Of a stretch of 34,494 nt of DNA, positions 8,923-18,163 are shown piece after piece. How positions within the stretch are numbered: position 1 is the stretch's first letter; each line of letters begins with the position of its first letter. Source of the stretch: an uncultured bacterium (lineage in GTDB: Bacteria; B130-G9); contig CBDVDH010000003.1 of assembly GCA_965372715.1 (NCBI GenBank), forward strand, positions 1 through 34,494, given 5' to 3'. The translations under genes were made by a program, and so were the position numbers. Below the pieces are notes generated by a model that was not told where the DNA came from, did not search any database, and saw only the letters and a list, made by a program, of their open reading frames with translations.

Positions 8923-11223
8923 ATGGTTCGGGCCAGGGTCCGGGGCGAGGGTATCGTGCAGGGCGTGGGCTTTCGGCCGTTTGTTTACTCGCTAGCGACC
9001 GAGTATGGCCTGGGAGGCTGGGTCCTGAACGATGGCGAGGGCGTGCTGCTGGAGGTAGAAGGGCCGAGGGAGCAGGTCCAGCGATTTGTGGACTCGCTGG
9101 CCGATAGCTGCCCGCCGGTAGCGAGGCTCGAAAACCTGACGACAGAACTCCTTGAGCCTTTCGGATACAGGCAGTTCGAGATACGGCAAAGTAGGGACGC
9201 CGAGCACCGAAGCGTTCTGGTCTCGCCGGACCTTGCCGTGTGCCCCCAGTGCCTAGAGGAGCTCTTCTGTCCGACCGACAGGCGTTTCCAATACCCGTTC
9301 ATCAACTGCACCAACTGCGGCCCGCGCTATACAATCATCCTCGATCTTCCCTACGACCGGAAGGCGACCACGATGTCGGCGTTCACGATGTGCGACGCTT
9401 GCCGACGGGAGTATGAGAGCCCTGCTGATAGGCGATTCCATGCCCAGCCGAACGCCTGCGCCGACTGCGGCCCCTGCGTATCGCTGCTCGATAGTCAGGG
9501 CCAGCGAGTCCCGTGCGACGATCCGATTGGAGGGGCAGCCCAGCTGCTGAAGGAAGGGAAGATACTGGCGGTCAAAGGCCTGGGCGGCTACCACATCGCC
9601 TGTGATGCTACCAACCAACAGGTTGTGGCCGAGCTTCGCAAGAGAAAATCAAGGCCGTCTAAGCCGTTCGCGGTCATGTGCCGGGACCTCGCCACCGTCC
9701 GAAGCACGTGTGTCCTCGGTGTGCAGGAGGAGGAGCTGCTCTGCTCCGCCAGGGCCCCCATAGTGCTGCTTCAGCGAAGGAGTGAGAACGGCCTCGCGCC
9801 TAACGTCTCGCCAGGCCAGAGATGCCACGGCTTGATGCTCCCATACACGCCGCTTCACCATCTTCTTCTTCGGAAGTGCGGGAAGCCCTTAGTCATGACG
9901 AGCGGCAATCGAAGAGACGAGCCTATACGCTTTGCGGACGATGACGCAGCGAAGTCCCTTTCCGACGTTGTCGATTACTTCCTGACGCACGACCGCCCGA
10001 TCCAGGTCCGGTGCGACGATTCCGTGGTCCGAGTGTTTGAGCGTGAGCCGCTTGTGCTTCGCAGGTCAAGGGGATACGTGCCCAAACCCATCGAGCTTGC
10101 GTTTGAGGCGCCTCATGTGCTCGCCAGCGGCGCCGACATGAAAAACACATTCTGCGTGACGAAGGGCCGGCGCGCCTTTTTGAGCCACTACATCGGCGAG
10201 CTTTCAAGCCCTGAATCGATTGAGGCGCTTCACGAGGGCGTGCAGCATTTCCTGAGGGTCTTTGACGTAAGACCGTCGTGCGTCGCGCACGACGCCCATC
10301 CAGACTACCTATCCACCGGATACGCGCTATCCTTCCCAACGAACCAGAAGGTCGCAGTCCAGCACCATCACGCCCACGTAGCAAGCTGCCTCGCCGAGCA
10401 CAAGCTCGACGAGAGAGTGATCGGTGTGGTGTTTGACGGCGCCGGATACGGGACCGACGGGGCGGTCTGGGGCGGCGAGTTCCTGGTCTGCGACCTCTGT
10501 CAATACGAGAGGGCGGCGCACCTATCCTACATTCCTCTTCCTGGCGGCGATGCGGCGGCCAAGGAGCCGTGGCGGATGGCGGTGGCATATCTCTGGGCGC
10601 TTCTAGGAGATGATGTCGCGACATCGCAGCTTGTCCCGGAGCACATTAGACACCAGCCGCTTGAATTCGTGGTTCACGCGATAGAAAGAGGTCTAAACAT
10701 GCCGATGACCTCCAGCATGGGTCGGCTTTTCGACGCCGTCTCCGCGCTCTTGGGCATTTGCGAGAAGGCCAGCTACGAGGGCGAGGCGGCGATACTGCTT
10801 GAGATGGCTGCAAGTTCCCACACCAGAACCGAATATCCGTTTGACACTGACGTAAATTGCGCGCCTATGCAGATCGACGTGCGAAGGACGATTGAGGCAG
10901 TTCTTCGCGACAAGGCTCGAGGCGTGGCGCCCGACGAGCTTGCGGGCCGGTTTCACAACACCGTTGCGGCAATCGTCCAGAACGTCTGCCGGCTCCTGCG
11001 TGAGGGGACTGGGATTGGCAAGGTCGCGTTGAGCGGCGGCGTTTTTCAGAACTGCCTCCTCCTGGGCAAGGTAACCGAGCGTCTCCATTCGATTGGCTTT
11101 GCGGTTCTCACCCACTCTGAGGTTCCGCCCAACGACGGGGGCATCGCGCTTGGCCAGGCCGCGATTGCCGCGCGTCGCATGAGCCTTGAACAGGCCAAAG
11201 AACAACCAGAGGAGAGACAATAG
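8923..11223 (+). CDS. hypF: Carbamoyltransferase HypF
   Basis: Acylphosphatase GIVQGVGFRPFV, zinc fingers CPQC/CTNCGPRY/CDAC/CADCGP, KGLGG, HHHAH, NDGGIALGQ. ATG 8923 is preferred over GTG 8869. Confidence 0.97.
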   Translation: MVRARVRGEGIVQGVGFRPFVYSLATEYGLGGWVLNDGEGVLLEVEGPREQVQRFVDSLADSCPPVARLENLTTELLEPFGYRQFEIRQSRDAEHRSVLVSPDLAVCPQCLEELFCPTDRRFQYPFINCTNCGPRYTIILDLPYDRKATTMSAFTMCDACRREYESPADRRFHAQPNACADCGPCVSLLDSQGQRVPCDDPIGGAAQLLKEGKILAVKGLGGYHIACDATNQQVVAELRKRKSRPSKPFAVMCRDLATVRSTCVLGVQEEELLCSARAPIVLLQRRSENGLAPNVSPGQRCHGLMLPYTPLHHLLLRKCGKPLVMTSGNRRDEPIRFADDDAAKSLSDVVDYFLTHDRPIQVRCDDSVVRVFEREPLVLRRSRGYVPKPIELAFEAPHVLASGADMKNTFCVTKGRRAFLSHYIGELSSPESIEALHEGVQHFLRVFDVRPSCVAHDAHPDYLSTGYALSFPTNQKVAVQHHHAHVASCLAEHKLDERVIGVVFDGAGYGTDGAVWGGEFLVCDLCQYERAAHLSYIPLPGGDAAAKEPWRMAVAYLWALLGDDVATSQLVPEHIRHQPLEFVVHAIERGLNMPMTSSMGRLFDAVSALLGICEKASYEGEAAILLEMAASSHTRTEYPFDTDVNCAPMQIDVRRTIEAVLRDKARGVAPDELAGRFHNTVAAIVQNVCRLLREGTGIGKVALSGGVFQNCLLLGKVTERLHSIGFAVLTHSEVPPNDGGIALGQAAIAARRMSLEQAKEQPEERQ

Positions 11224-11442
11224 ATGTGCCTCGCGATTCCAGGCCGAATACTCAACATCGAGGGGACGACAGCGGCCGTTGACTTCGCTGGGACGACTAT
11301 GCCGGTGAGCCTGCTTGCGCTCGAAGGGGCGCGCATCGGCGAGTACGTCCTTGTCCACGCTGGTTTCGCCATCGAGCGACTCGACGAGGTCGAGGCGCAG
11401 CGAACGCTGGAGCTCCTGTCGGAGGCCTTCGAGCAACCGTGA
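11224..11442 (+). CDS. hypC: Hydrogenase maturation chaperone HypC
   Basis: MCLAIPG N-terminus and VLVHAGFAI. Confidence 0.96.
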   Translation: MCLAIPGRILNIEGTTAAVDFAGTTMPVSLLALEGARIGEYVLVHAGFAIERLDEVEAQRTLELLSEAFEQP

Positions 11443-12554
11443 GCATTGCCGCACAGTTCCGCAGCAAGGGCTTGGTGTCCCAGCTCGCCGCGAAGATACG
11501 TGAAATGGCCCCGCGTGTTGCCGCCAGACTGGGACGAACTGTCAGCATAATGGAGGTCTGCGGGACCCATACGGTGGCCATCTACCGATACGGGCTCAAA
11601 CACCTGCTGCCCAAAGAGCTCAGGTTGATCTCAGGCCCCGGCTGCCCAATCTGCGTCACCGAGACCTCGTTCATCGACCATTCTATTAAGATAGCAATGA
11701 CAAAAGGAGTGACGGTCGCGACATTTGGGGACATGGTGAACGTGCCCGGTTCTGTGGAGAGCCTCGCCGACGCAAGGGCAAAAGGCGCCGCGATCAAGGT
11801 CGTCATCTCGCCCCTTGACGCACTGAAGCTGGCTGCCAGCGACTCCTCGCGGCGCGTCGTGTTCCTGGCGGTGGGCTTCGAGACCACGGCCCCGTCCGTC
11901 GCGGCGACGGTCCTCGAGGCCAGAACACAGCGGCTCGATAACTTCCATATCCTGTGCGCCCACAAGCTGGTGCCTCCTATACTGGACGCTCTATTGCAGC
12001 AGCCGGATGTCGAAATTGACGGCCTTATCCTTCCGGGCCACGTCAGCACAATCATCGGCAGCAACGCGTATTCCCAGCTGCCTGAAAGATACGGTGTCTG
12101 CTGTGCGGTGACGGGATTCGAGCCTGTCGATGTCCTCGCGGCCATGCTGATGCTTCTAGACCAGCTTGTGTCCAACAAGCCCACCGTGGCCAACGAATAC
12201 ACGAGGGCCGTGAGGCCGGACGGCAATGCCCAAGCACTGCGCCTGATGCGTCAGGTCTTTCAGCCCGCGGACGCGAATTGGCGTGGGATCGGACCTCTCG
12301 ACAAGAGCGGGCTTGCCCTCCGTGAGGAGTTCGCCGAATTCGATGCAGAGCATCGGTTCGCATTCGACCGATCTGAGGCGAGGGACGACCCGAATTGCAG
12401 GTGCGGCGATGTTTTGCTCGGCCGAATCGAGCCGGAGCAGTGCCCTCTTTTCGGCGCTGCCTGCACGCCCGAATACCCACGTGGGCCGTGTATGGTCTCA
12501 TCAGAGGGAAGCTGTAGCGCGTGCTTCAAATACGGGAGGTTTGCAGCTGGATAG
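11439..12554 (+). CDS. hypD: Hydrogenase maturation protein HypD
   Basis: MEVCGTH, GPGCPICVT, GFETT, PGHVS, C-terminal CRCG..CPLF..C..GPCMVSSEG.C. Confidence 0.97.
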   Translation: MSIAAQFRSKGLVSQLAAKIREMAPRVAARLGRTVSIMEVCGTHTVAIYRYGLKHLLPKELRLISGPGCPICVTETSFIDHSIKIAMTKGVTVATFGDMVNVPGSVESLADARAKGAAIKVVISPLDALKLAASDSSRRVVFLAVGFETTAPSVAATVLEARTQRLDNFHILCAHKLVPPILDALLQQPDVEIDGLILPGHVSTIIGSNAYSQLPERYGVCCAVTGFEPVDVLAAMLMLLDQLVSNKPTVANEYTRAVRPDGNAQALRLMRQVFQPADANWRGIGPLDKSGLALREEFAEFDAEHRFAFDRSEARDDPNCRCGDVLLGRIEPEQCPLFGAACTPEYPRGPCMVSSEGSCSACFKYGRFAAG

Positions 12555-12558
12555 GGAT

Positions 12559-13557
12559 ATGATTACTCTGGGACACGGCGCCGGGGGGCGATTGAGCCGC
12601 GAGCTGATCGAGCAGGTCTTCGTCTCCGCGTTCGGCAATCCCGCGCTCGCCGCCCTTGACGACGGCGCCTGGGTCAAGGCCTCAGACCAAGACTTGTGCA
12701 TCACGACCGATGCGTTCGTCGTCAAGCCGCTCTTCTTCCCCGGCGGCGACATCGGCACGCTCGCAGTTTGTGGAACTGTCAACGACCTCGCGGTGATGGG
12801 GGCAAGGCCGATAGCTCTTTCCTGCTCCTTCGTGCTTGAGGAAGGTCTAAAACTCTCCATCCTGAAGAGAATCGCGGCGTCGATGGCCTCGGCGTCCAAA
12901 TCCGTCGGTGTCCCGATAGTTGCAGGCGACACAAAGGTGGTTGAAAAGGGCGCGGCCGACGGCGTCTTTATTACTACCACGGGAATCGGCCTGCGAATAG
13001 CCGACGTCAATCTCGGCCTCGAGCGCATCGCTCCGGGAGACAAAGTAATAATAACCGGAACCATCGCCGACCACGGAACCGCCGTCCTCCTGGCGCGGGA
13101 GGGCTTTCAAATAAGCTCGCAGATCGCCTCCGACTGCGCGCCCATTCACGGTCTTGTGGCAACGGCACTGACCTCTGGGGCGGGCGTCAGGTTCATGCGC
13201 GATCCGACCCGGGGCGGGCTCGCGACGGTCCTAAACGAGGTCGCCTCAGGCTGCCGGATGTGTATCAGCATAGAAGAAGCCAAACTCCCCATAAGAACTG
13301 ATGTGTCCGCGGCGCTTGAACTCCTGGGACTCGACCCCTTTTACGTGGCAAGTGAGGGCAGATGCGTAATTATAGTAGCGGCATCAGACGCAGATAGGCT
13401 TGTTGCGACGCTCAGACAGGACGATCAGGGCAGACAAAGCGCCGTTATCGGCCGCGTAGAAAAGTCGCCGGCAGGGATGGTCTCGCTCGAATCAAGCGTC
13501 GGCGGGCGGCGCATACTGCCCATGCTTAGCGCCGACCAGCTGCCGAGGATATGCTAG
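12559..13557 (+). CDS. hypE: Carbamoyl dehydratase HypE
   Basis: HGAGG, FFPGGDIG, GDTKVV, RDPTRGG and C-terminal PRIC. The track ORF at 12283 overlaps hypD, so the start is placed near ATG 12559. Confidence 0.96.
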   Translation: MITLGHGAGGRLSRELIEQVFVSAFGNPALAALDDGAWVKASDQDLCITTDAFVVKPLFFPGGDIGTLAVCGTVNDLAVMGARPIALSCSFVLEEGLKLSILKRIAASMASASKSVGVPIVAGDTKVVEKGAADGVFITTTGIGLRIADVNLGLERIAPGDKVIITGTIADHGTAVLLAREGFQISSQIASDCAPIHGLVATALTSGAGVRFMRDPTRGGLATVLNEVASGCRMCISIEEAKLPIRTDVSAALELLGLDPFYVASEGRCVIIVAASDADRLVATLRQDDQGRQSAVIGRVEKSPAGMVSLESSVGGRRILPMLSADQLPRIC

Positions 13558-13631
13558 GCGCTGGGAGGGTCCGCGCCTGTGCGGGATTCTGATGACCCCT
13601 ATACTGGGTCACGATTACGGGCCGGGCCTGT

Positions 13632-13705
13632 TGTAGGGGCGGTGCTTGCCCCGCCCTGTGTCCATTCGATGAATTGAGGAGGGCACAGCAAGCGGTGCCC
13701 CTACA
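13632..13705. repeat. Inverted GTAG-type REP doublet between hypE and hypA
   Basis: TGTAGGGGCGGTGCTTGCCCCGCCCT (13632-13657) ... AGGGCACAGCAAGCGGTGCCCCTACA (13680-13705); the ends TGTAGGGGC/GCCCCTACA are perfect inverted repeats. Confidence 0.75.
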
Positions 13706-13719
13706 GATGGGAGGTCTTT

Positions 13720-14061
13720 TTGCACGAGGCGAAGGTAGCAGCAGGGATTATCGAGACAGTCGAGCGCGTCGCCAGGGAGAACGGCGGCTCGCGGATAACG
13801 GGCATAAGGCTTCAGATAGGCGAGTTCACGTGTGTCCAGCCCGACACGCTGCGGTTCTGCCTCCAAACGCTGGCCGAAGGCACGATCGCGGACAGCGCGG
13901 CCATTTCCATATCAAGAATAAGAACCAGGGCCCTTTGCGCTGAATGCAATAACGAATTTGACGTTCACGAGATACAATTCCACTGCCCGACGTGCGCCTC
14001 GACCGACATCGAGGTCGTCTCGGGCAGGGAACTCATAATAGAATCAATTGAGGTAGAATAG
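13720..14061 (+). CDS. hypA: Hydrogenase nickel metallochaperone HypA
   Basis: MHE Ni motif (TTG start after GGAGG), CAEC and CPTC zinc motifs, GRELIIESIEVE. Confidence 0.95.
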   Translation: MHEAKVAAGIIETVERVARENGGSRITGIRLQIGEFTCVQPDTLRFCLQTLAEGTIADSAAISISRIRTRALCAECNNEFDVHEIQFHCPTCASTDIEVVSGRELIIESIEVE

Positions 14062-14070
14062 GAGAAGAAG

Positions 14071-14733
14071 ATGGAGATTAAGGTTTATGACCGGATATTG
14101 CAGGCGAACATCAGGATAGCGGAGCGCAACCGCGAACTCTTCAAAGACAAAGGCGTTACCGTCCTCAACCTGATCGGCGGCCCCGGTGTGGGCAAGACGG
14201 CCCTTCTGGAAGTGACAATCCCGCGGCTTCTTAAACGGTTTAAGGTCGGCGTCATCGAGGGCGACATCTACACGAGCCGCGATTCAGAGCGGATTCTCGC
14301 GCTGGGCGTCCCCGTTGTGCAGATAAACACCAAAGGCGCTTGCCACCTCGACGGCAACATGGTCGAGAGCGTCCTTTCAGACCTTCCGCTCGAGGAGCTC
14401 GACGTAGTCCTGATCGAGAACGTGGGCAACCTGGTCTGTCCCGCCGAGTTCGACGTCGGCGAGGACGCTAAGATAGTCGTCATGAGCGTTACCGACGGCG
14501 ACGACAAGCCGCAGAAATACCCGCTCATCTTCCGCCTCGCCAAGGCGCTCGTCATCACGAAGTCCGATATGCTCGAGCCTGCCGGCATCGACCTTGACCG
14601 CCTCAAGAGCGACGCCCTCTCCGTCAACCCGAACCTCAAAATCTTCCTCACCTCAGCAAGGAAGCATCAGGGCCTCGACAACTGGGTCGATTTCGTCGCC
14701 TCGCTGACGAGAACAAGTCCAAAAACCGCATGA
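14071..14733 (+). CDS. hypB: Hydrogenase nickel-insertion GTPase HypB (short form, no His-rich leader)
   Basis: GGPGVGKT, IEGD, GACHLD, IENVGNLVCPAEFD, DKPQKYP, TKSD. Confidence 0.96.
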   Translation: MEIKVYDRILQANIRIAERNRELFKDKGVTVLNLIGGPGVGKTALLEVTIPRLLKRFKVGVIEGDIYTSRDSERILALGVPVVQINTKGACHLDGNMVESVLSDLPLEELDVVLIENVGNLVCPAEFDVGEDAKIVVMSVTDGDDKPQKYPLIFRLAKALVITKSDMLEPAGIDLDRLKSDALSVNPNLKIFLTSARKHQGLDNWVDFVASLTRTSPKTA

Positions 14734-14892
14734 GCATCGGCCATGATGCCGTGGTTGTGTCTGAGCTTCCCGCTGTTGAATTGGGGCGTGCGAGGCTGTA
14801 GTGTCATCCTTACTCAAAGATATGTCTTATTCCAGATATCGAGAACGCGTCCATAGACGGAGACTTAAGGTTGATCAAAACAGGCTGCTAAT

Positions 14893-15855
14893 ATGACAAG
14901 TTACAAAGAGGATTTGGTGAACGGGTACTGGGATTATCAGCGGAGGTTCTTTCCCGACGTTCAACGCTACTTTGAACGGCCGTTCGCTCCCGATGGACGC
15001 CCGCCAGTGTTCCTTAAACACCACGCCCGGCTAAACATTATCGTCAATCCCAACGCCACTCAAAACGAAACTAGGCGCCTCTTTGACGTGTTAAGAGGGC
15101 TGCAAAGACATAGGTGGTTTGGCAGCATGAATAGCTCTCAAGCCTTGGCCTGGAGTGTGCTGGCCAACCTAAAAACCCATTATCATCTGAACCTTCTAGC
15201 CGAAATCAACGGTGATGACGGGGAGCCGCTTTTAGGGAAGGCCCAAGTATCACCAGAAAGCCTCGTTATCGAGCATAAAATCAATTACCTTGGTGAACCG
15301 CGCCCGACGAGTCTAGATGCTTTGGTCTCTGGACCCTACCAAGTCGCGATAGAATGTAAGTTTACAGAGGCGCAGGTCGGAGCTTGTTCGCGGCCCAGAT
15401 TGAAGCCATGGGATCCAAAATATAAGACCGAGTTTTGTAACGGATCCTTCTCGCGGCAACTAGGCCGCAAAGAAAGGTGCTCGTTGATCGGAATCAGGGT
15501 TTTGTACTGGAAATATGTCCCGGAACTGTTTACCTGGAACAGCAATATTGACCTAAACTCGTGTCCTTTGCATGAGAATTACCAGTTAGTGCGTAATATC
15601 CTGGCTGCCTGTGTTCGGTCCAAAGGGACAGTCTCCGCTGAATACGGCCATGTGGCAGTCATTTATGATGAACGTAACCCGGCTTTTCGAACAGGCGGGC
15701 ATTGTTTCTCTGCCTTTAGGAGAACCCAGCAGGCATTGAAAGTTCCCGGTTTGCTAAAGAAGTGCTGTTGGCAACGTATCATTAGACACCTGAAGGAAAG
15801 AGACGTTCTTCCCTGGCTGGTGGAACTGCTGCGGGTAAAGTACGGACTGCTGTGA
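14893..15855 (+). CDS. PD-(D/E)XK putative restriction endonuclease (resembles PGN_0703 family)
   Basis: SMNSSQALA, PTSLDALV...VAIECKFTE catalytic pattern and YQLVRN. Visibly more AT-rich than the flanking genes. Family name is from recall. Confidence 0.7.
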   Translation: MTSYKEDLVNGYWDYQRRFFPDVQRYFERPFAPDGRPPVFLKHHARLNIIVNPNATQNETRRLFDVLRGLQRHRWFGSMNSSQALAWSVLANLKTHYHLNLLAEINGDDGEPLLGKAQVSPESLVIEHKINYLGEPRPTSLDALVSGPYQVAIECKFTEAQVGACSRPRLKPWDPKYKTEFCNGSFSRQLGRKERCSLIGIRVLYWKYVPELFTWNSNIDLNSCPLHENYQLVRNILAACVRSKGTVSAEYGHVAVIYDERNPAFRTGGHCFSAFRRTQQALKVPGLLKKCCWQRIIRHLKERDVLPWLVELLRVKYGLL

Positions 15856-15869
15856 GAAAAAGCGTGTGA

Positions 15870-16100
15870 TGCAGCGTAAACCGCCCAGATCAAGTCGCTC
15901 GACCTTATGACCTAATATTAGCCCTTGGCGAGGAATGCACAGCGAAGGTGAAGCATTGGGTGCAGCACGACAGGCCGCAGAAGATCAAGAGCATCGGCAA
16001 GTTGCGCGGCTTGGTGCGAGAGATGCTGAAAGAGGAGCTGTGCGAAATTAACGCTCTAGTAGAGGAAATGCTCAAACCGCGCGGACATGAACGCGGATGA
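15870..16100 (+). pseudogene. Start-less fragment resembling the extreme C-terminus of a type IIG-like restriction/N6-methyltransferase enzyme
   Basis: Reads ...LGEECTAKVKHW...IKSIGKLRGLVREMLKEELCEINALVEEML... to TGA at 16098-16100. In-frame TGA at 15867-15869 upstream and no convincing start. Family resemblance is from memory only. Confidence 0.35.
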
Positions 16101-16169
16101 GTTTGGCCTTGACTGTATTTGTGCAAATATGCACTGTAAATGCACAATTACACGTTTCGGAGATCAGCC

Positions 16170-16277
16170 GTGACTCGAAAATACATCAAACGCACCCTGG
16201 AAACAGTTCTGAAGCAGGCCGTGCAGGAGTTCCCGGCCAGCAGGAGATTGCTTGACATGGATGCTCCCCAACTCTAG
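16170..16277 (+). pseudogene. Truncated N-terminus of an AAA_14/DUF4143-type ATPase
   Basis: GGAG then GTG: VTRKYIKRTLETVLKQAVQEFPA. Resembles the usual start MYI.R.LE..L......FP.V.LTGPRQ.GKT, but similarity stops at ~16238 just before Walker A; TAG at 16275-16277. Confidence 0.55.
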
Positions 16278-16430
16278 TTTATGCGATGGGCTACTAACGA
16301 CCGGGATGTAACACGATCTCACGACATGTAAGAAGTGTTAATCCTGAGTCAGTTTGCTCTCGGTTTGTGGGTTGAATGGTCAATTCACACTGTGAATATG
16401 GGTGAAAAGCGAAGACATAGAGGGGTAATC

Positions 16431-17663
16431 ATGAGCATAAACAAGAAAACCTGGCCTATCGCAACCGTATGTGGCACCAAGAATCGAATCAACACCGATC
16501 CGGACTACCAGCGCCCCGCAGTCTGGAGTACGGCTCAGAAACAACTGCTCATTGACACTATTCTGAGAGGGTATGATATTCCCAAGCTCTATTGGAGACA
16601 GACTGGCTCAAGGCCGGATAAATATGATGTCGTTGATGGGCAACAAAGGCTGCGCGCGATCTGGGACTTCTTCGACGGCCCCTTCAAACTTCCTGACAAT
16701 GCTGACGCTATTGAAGGTCAGCCAATAGCAGGATGTTCATACAATGACCTGCCGGATGACCTCAGAATAAGATTCGATATCTATCCTCTTGACATCGTTG
16801 TTCTTTCAGAACTTGATGAAGACGAGGTGAGGGAGATGTTTCTTAGGTTGCAGAATGGCACTTCATTGAAAGCACAGGAGAAACGTAACGCGTATCCCGG
16901 GAGGATGCGTGATTTCGTGAAAACGCTGGCCGGGCATAGATTCTTCAGTTGCGTCGCCTTTGCCAACTCTCGATACACGCATGATTTGGTCGCGGCACAG
17001 ATGGTTTGCATGGAGCTTGCTGGCGGTCCGACAAACGTCAAGAATGCAGACCTCAACAAGATGTACAAGGCCCACGAGGACTTCGACTTCAATTCGCCAG
17101 AAGCCAAGTCAGTACGGAAGAAACTTGACTTCTTAGCTGAGATATTCCCCGATAAAACTCCTGAACTAGAGCGATTCAACGTCATTGCACTTTACTGCGT
17201 CGTATCTGAACTCACGAGTCTCTACGCCGTCGCACAGGTCGAATCTGAGTTGCGGAACTGGTTTATCGAGTTCGAGAAGCAGCGGCGCGAAGAGGAACAG
17301 AGGCCTGAGGATGAAGCCAATGCTGAATGGATTGCCTACAAGGACAGGATAAGCCACAGCACAGACGCAGCAGACTCAATCAGGCACCGGATGCAATTCA
17401 TGCTCAGAGACCTACTCTTGGCCTTCCCATCATTACCGTTAAGGGACAGTCAACGAGGTTTCACCCACGAGCAAAGAATGGCCATTTTCCGGCGTGACCA
17501 AGGCGAGTGTCAACTGAGAATCAAATGCAGCGGCGCCAGGCTCACGTGGGACAGCTGGCATTGCGATCATATCGAACCTTGGGAAAGAGGAGGAAAGACG
17601 ACGGTTGAGAATGGCCAAGTCTCCTGCCCAGACTGCAATCTTTCCAAGGGAGCTCGCGCGTAA
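16431..17663 (+). CDS. DUF262 + HNH endonuclease protein (GmrSD-like, putative type IV restriction)
   Basis: DUF262 motifs PDYQR..VW, LIDTIL.GYDIP, VVDGQQRL and MFLRLQ. C-terminal C..C, DHIEPWERGGKT..NGQVSCPDCN..KG HNH. ATG 16431 follows AGGGGT. Confidence 0.88.
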   Translation: MSINKKTWPIATVCGTKNRINTDPDYQRPAVWSTAQKQLLIDTILRGYDIPKLYWRQTGSRPDKYDVVDGQQRLRAIWDFFDGPFKLPDNADAIEGQPIAGCSYNDLPDDLRIRFDIYPLDIVVLSELDEDEVREMFLRLQNGTSLKAQEKRNAYPGRMRDFVKTLAGHRFFSCVAFANSRYTHDLVAAQMVCMELAGGPTNVKNADLNKMYKAHEDFDFNSPEAKSVRKKLDFLAEIFPDKTPELERFNVIALYCVVSELTSLYAVAQVESELRNWFIEFEKQRREEEQRPEDEANAEWIAYKDRISHSTDAADSIRHRMQFMLRDLLLAFPSLPLRDSQRGFTHEQRMAIFRRDQGECQLRIKCSGARLTWDSWHCDHIEPWERGGKTTVENGQVSCPDCNLSKGARA

Positions 17664-18020
17664 ATTTGGAATGAGGCTTTTCCCCGCCCCGGGTGATATT
17701 GACATTCGCCATCTCGTTCAGGGCCTTCACTGCCGTTCTAGACTTTCCTGAACCGGCATAGCGGAACGAACTGCCTCATCTGAATCTCCTATCGGCGGCA
17801 CGATTCATCGCCGGGCCCAGGCCCAGGCTGAGTCGCCTACGGGGCAGAATCTCCAATGGCCTGAGCGTCGAAGATGCGCCAAGCGGCCAAGGCAACACAT
17901 CGAAGCACCCGATAGGTGCCAGGAACGAACGTTAAACACAGCTCCCAGACCGCCAAGACAGGCAATGGCCGCGGGGGAGGTGCGGTCTTGGACAGGGGGA
18001 GTCTTGACCTGCTCACGAGT

Positions 18021-18065
18021 TTGTGAAAAAAATAGCTTGCAACGGAATCCGTGCTGCGATATGGT
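18021..18065 (+). promoter_or_regulatory. Putative sigma70 promoter of the hydrogenase operon with an adjacent Rex-like half site
   Basis: TTGCAA (18037-18042)-N17-TATGGT (18060-18065). TTGTGAA-AAAA-ATAGCTT (18021-18038) matches one arm of the Rex consensus TTGTGAA-N4-TTCACAA. Confidence 0.35.
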
Positions 18066-18163
18066 GGCGTTCAACGTAGTAATCTCTGCGCTCTCCAATG
18101 TAGATGTTAGAGGTCTGATTATTCTGGTCAGGATACTTAAGCTAAATCTTGTCTGAGAATTCA

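Noticed and set aside
17670-17790. Possible minus-strand antitoxin-like relic after AGGAG-ATG (MRQFVPLCRFRKV*)
   Set aside because: Only 13 codons; the resemblance needs a frameshift and is too weak to support.
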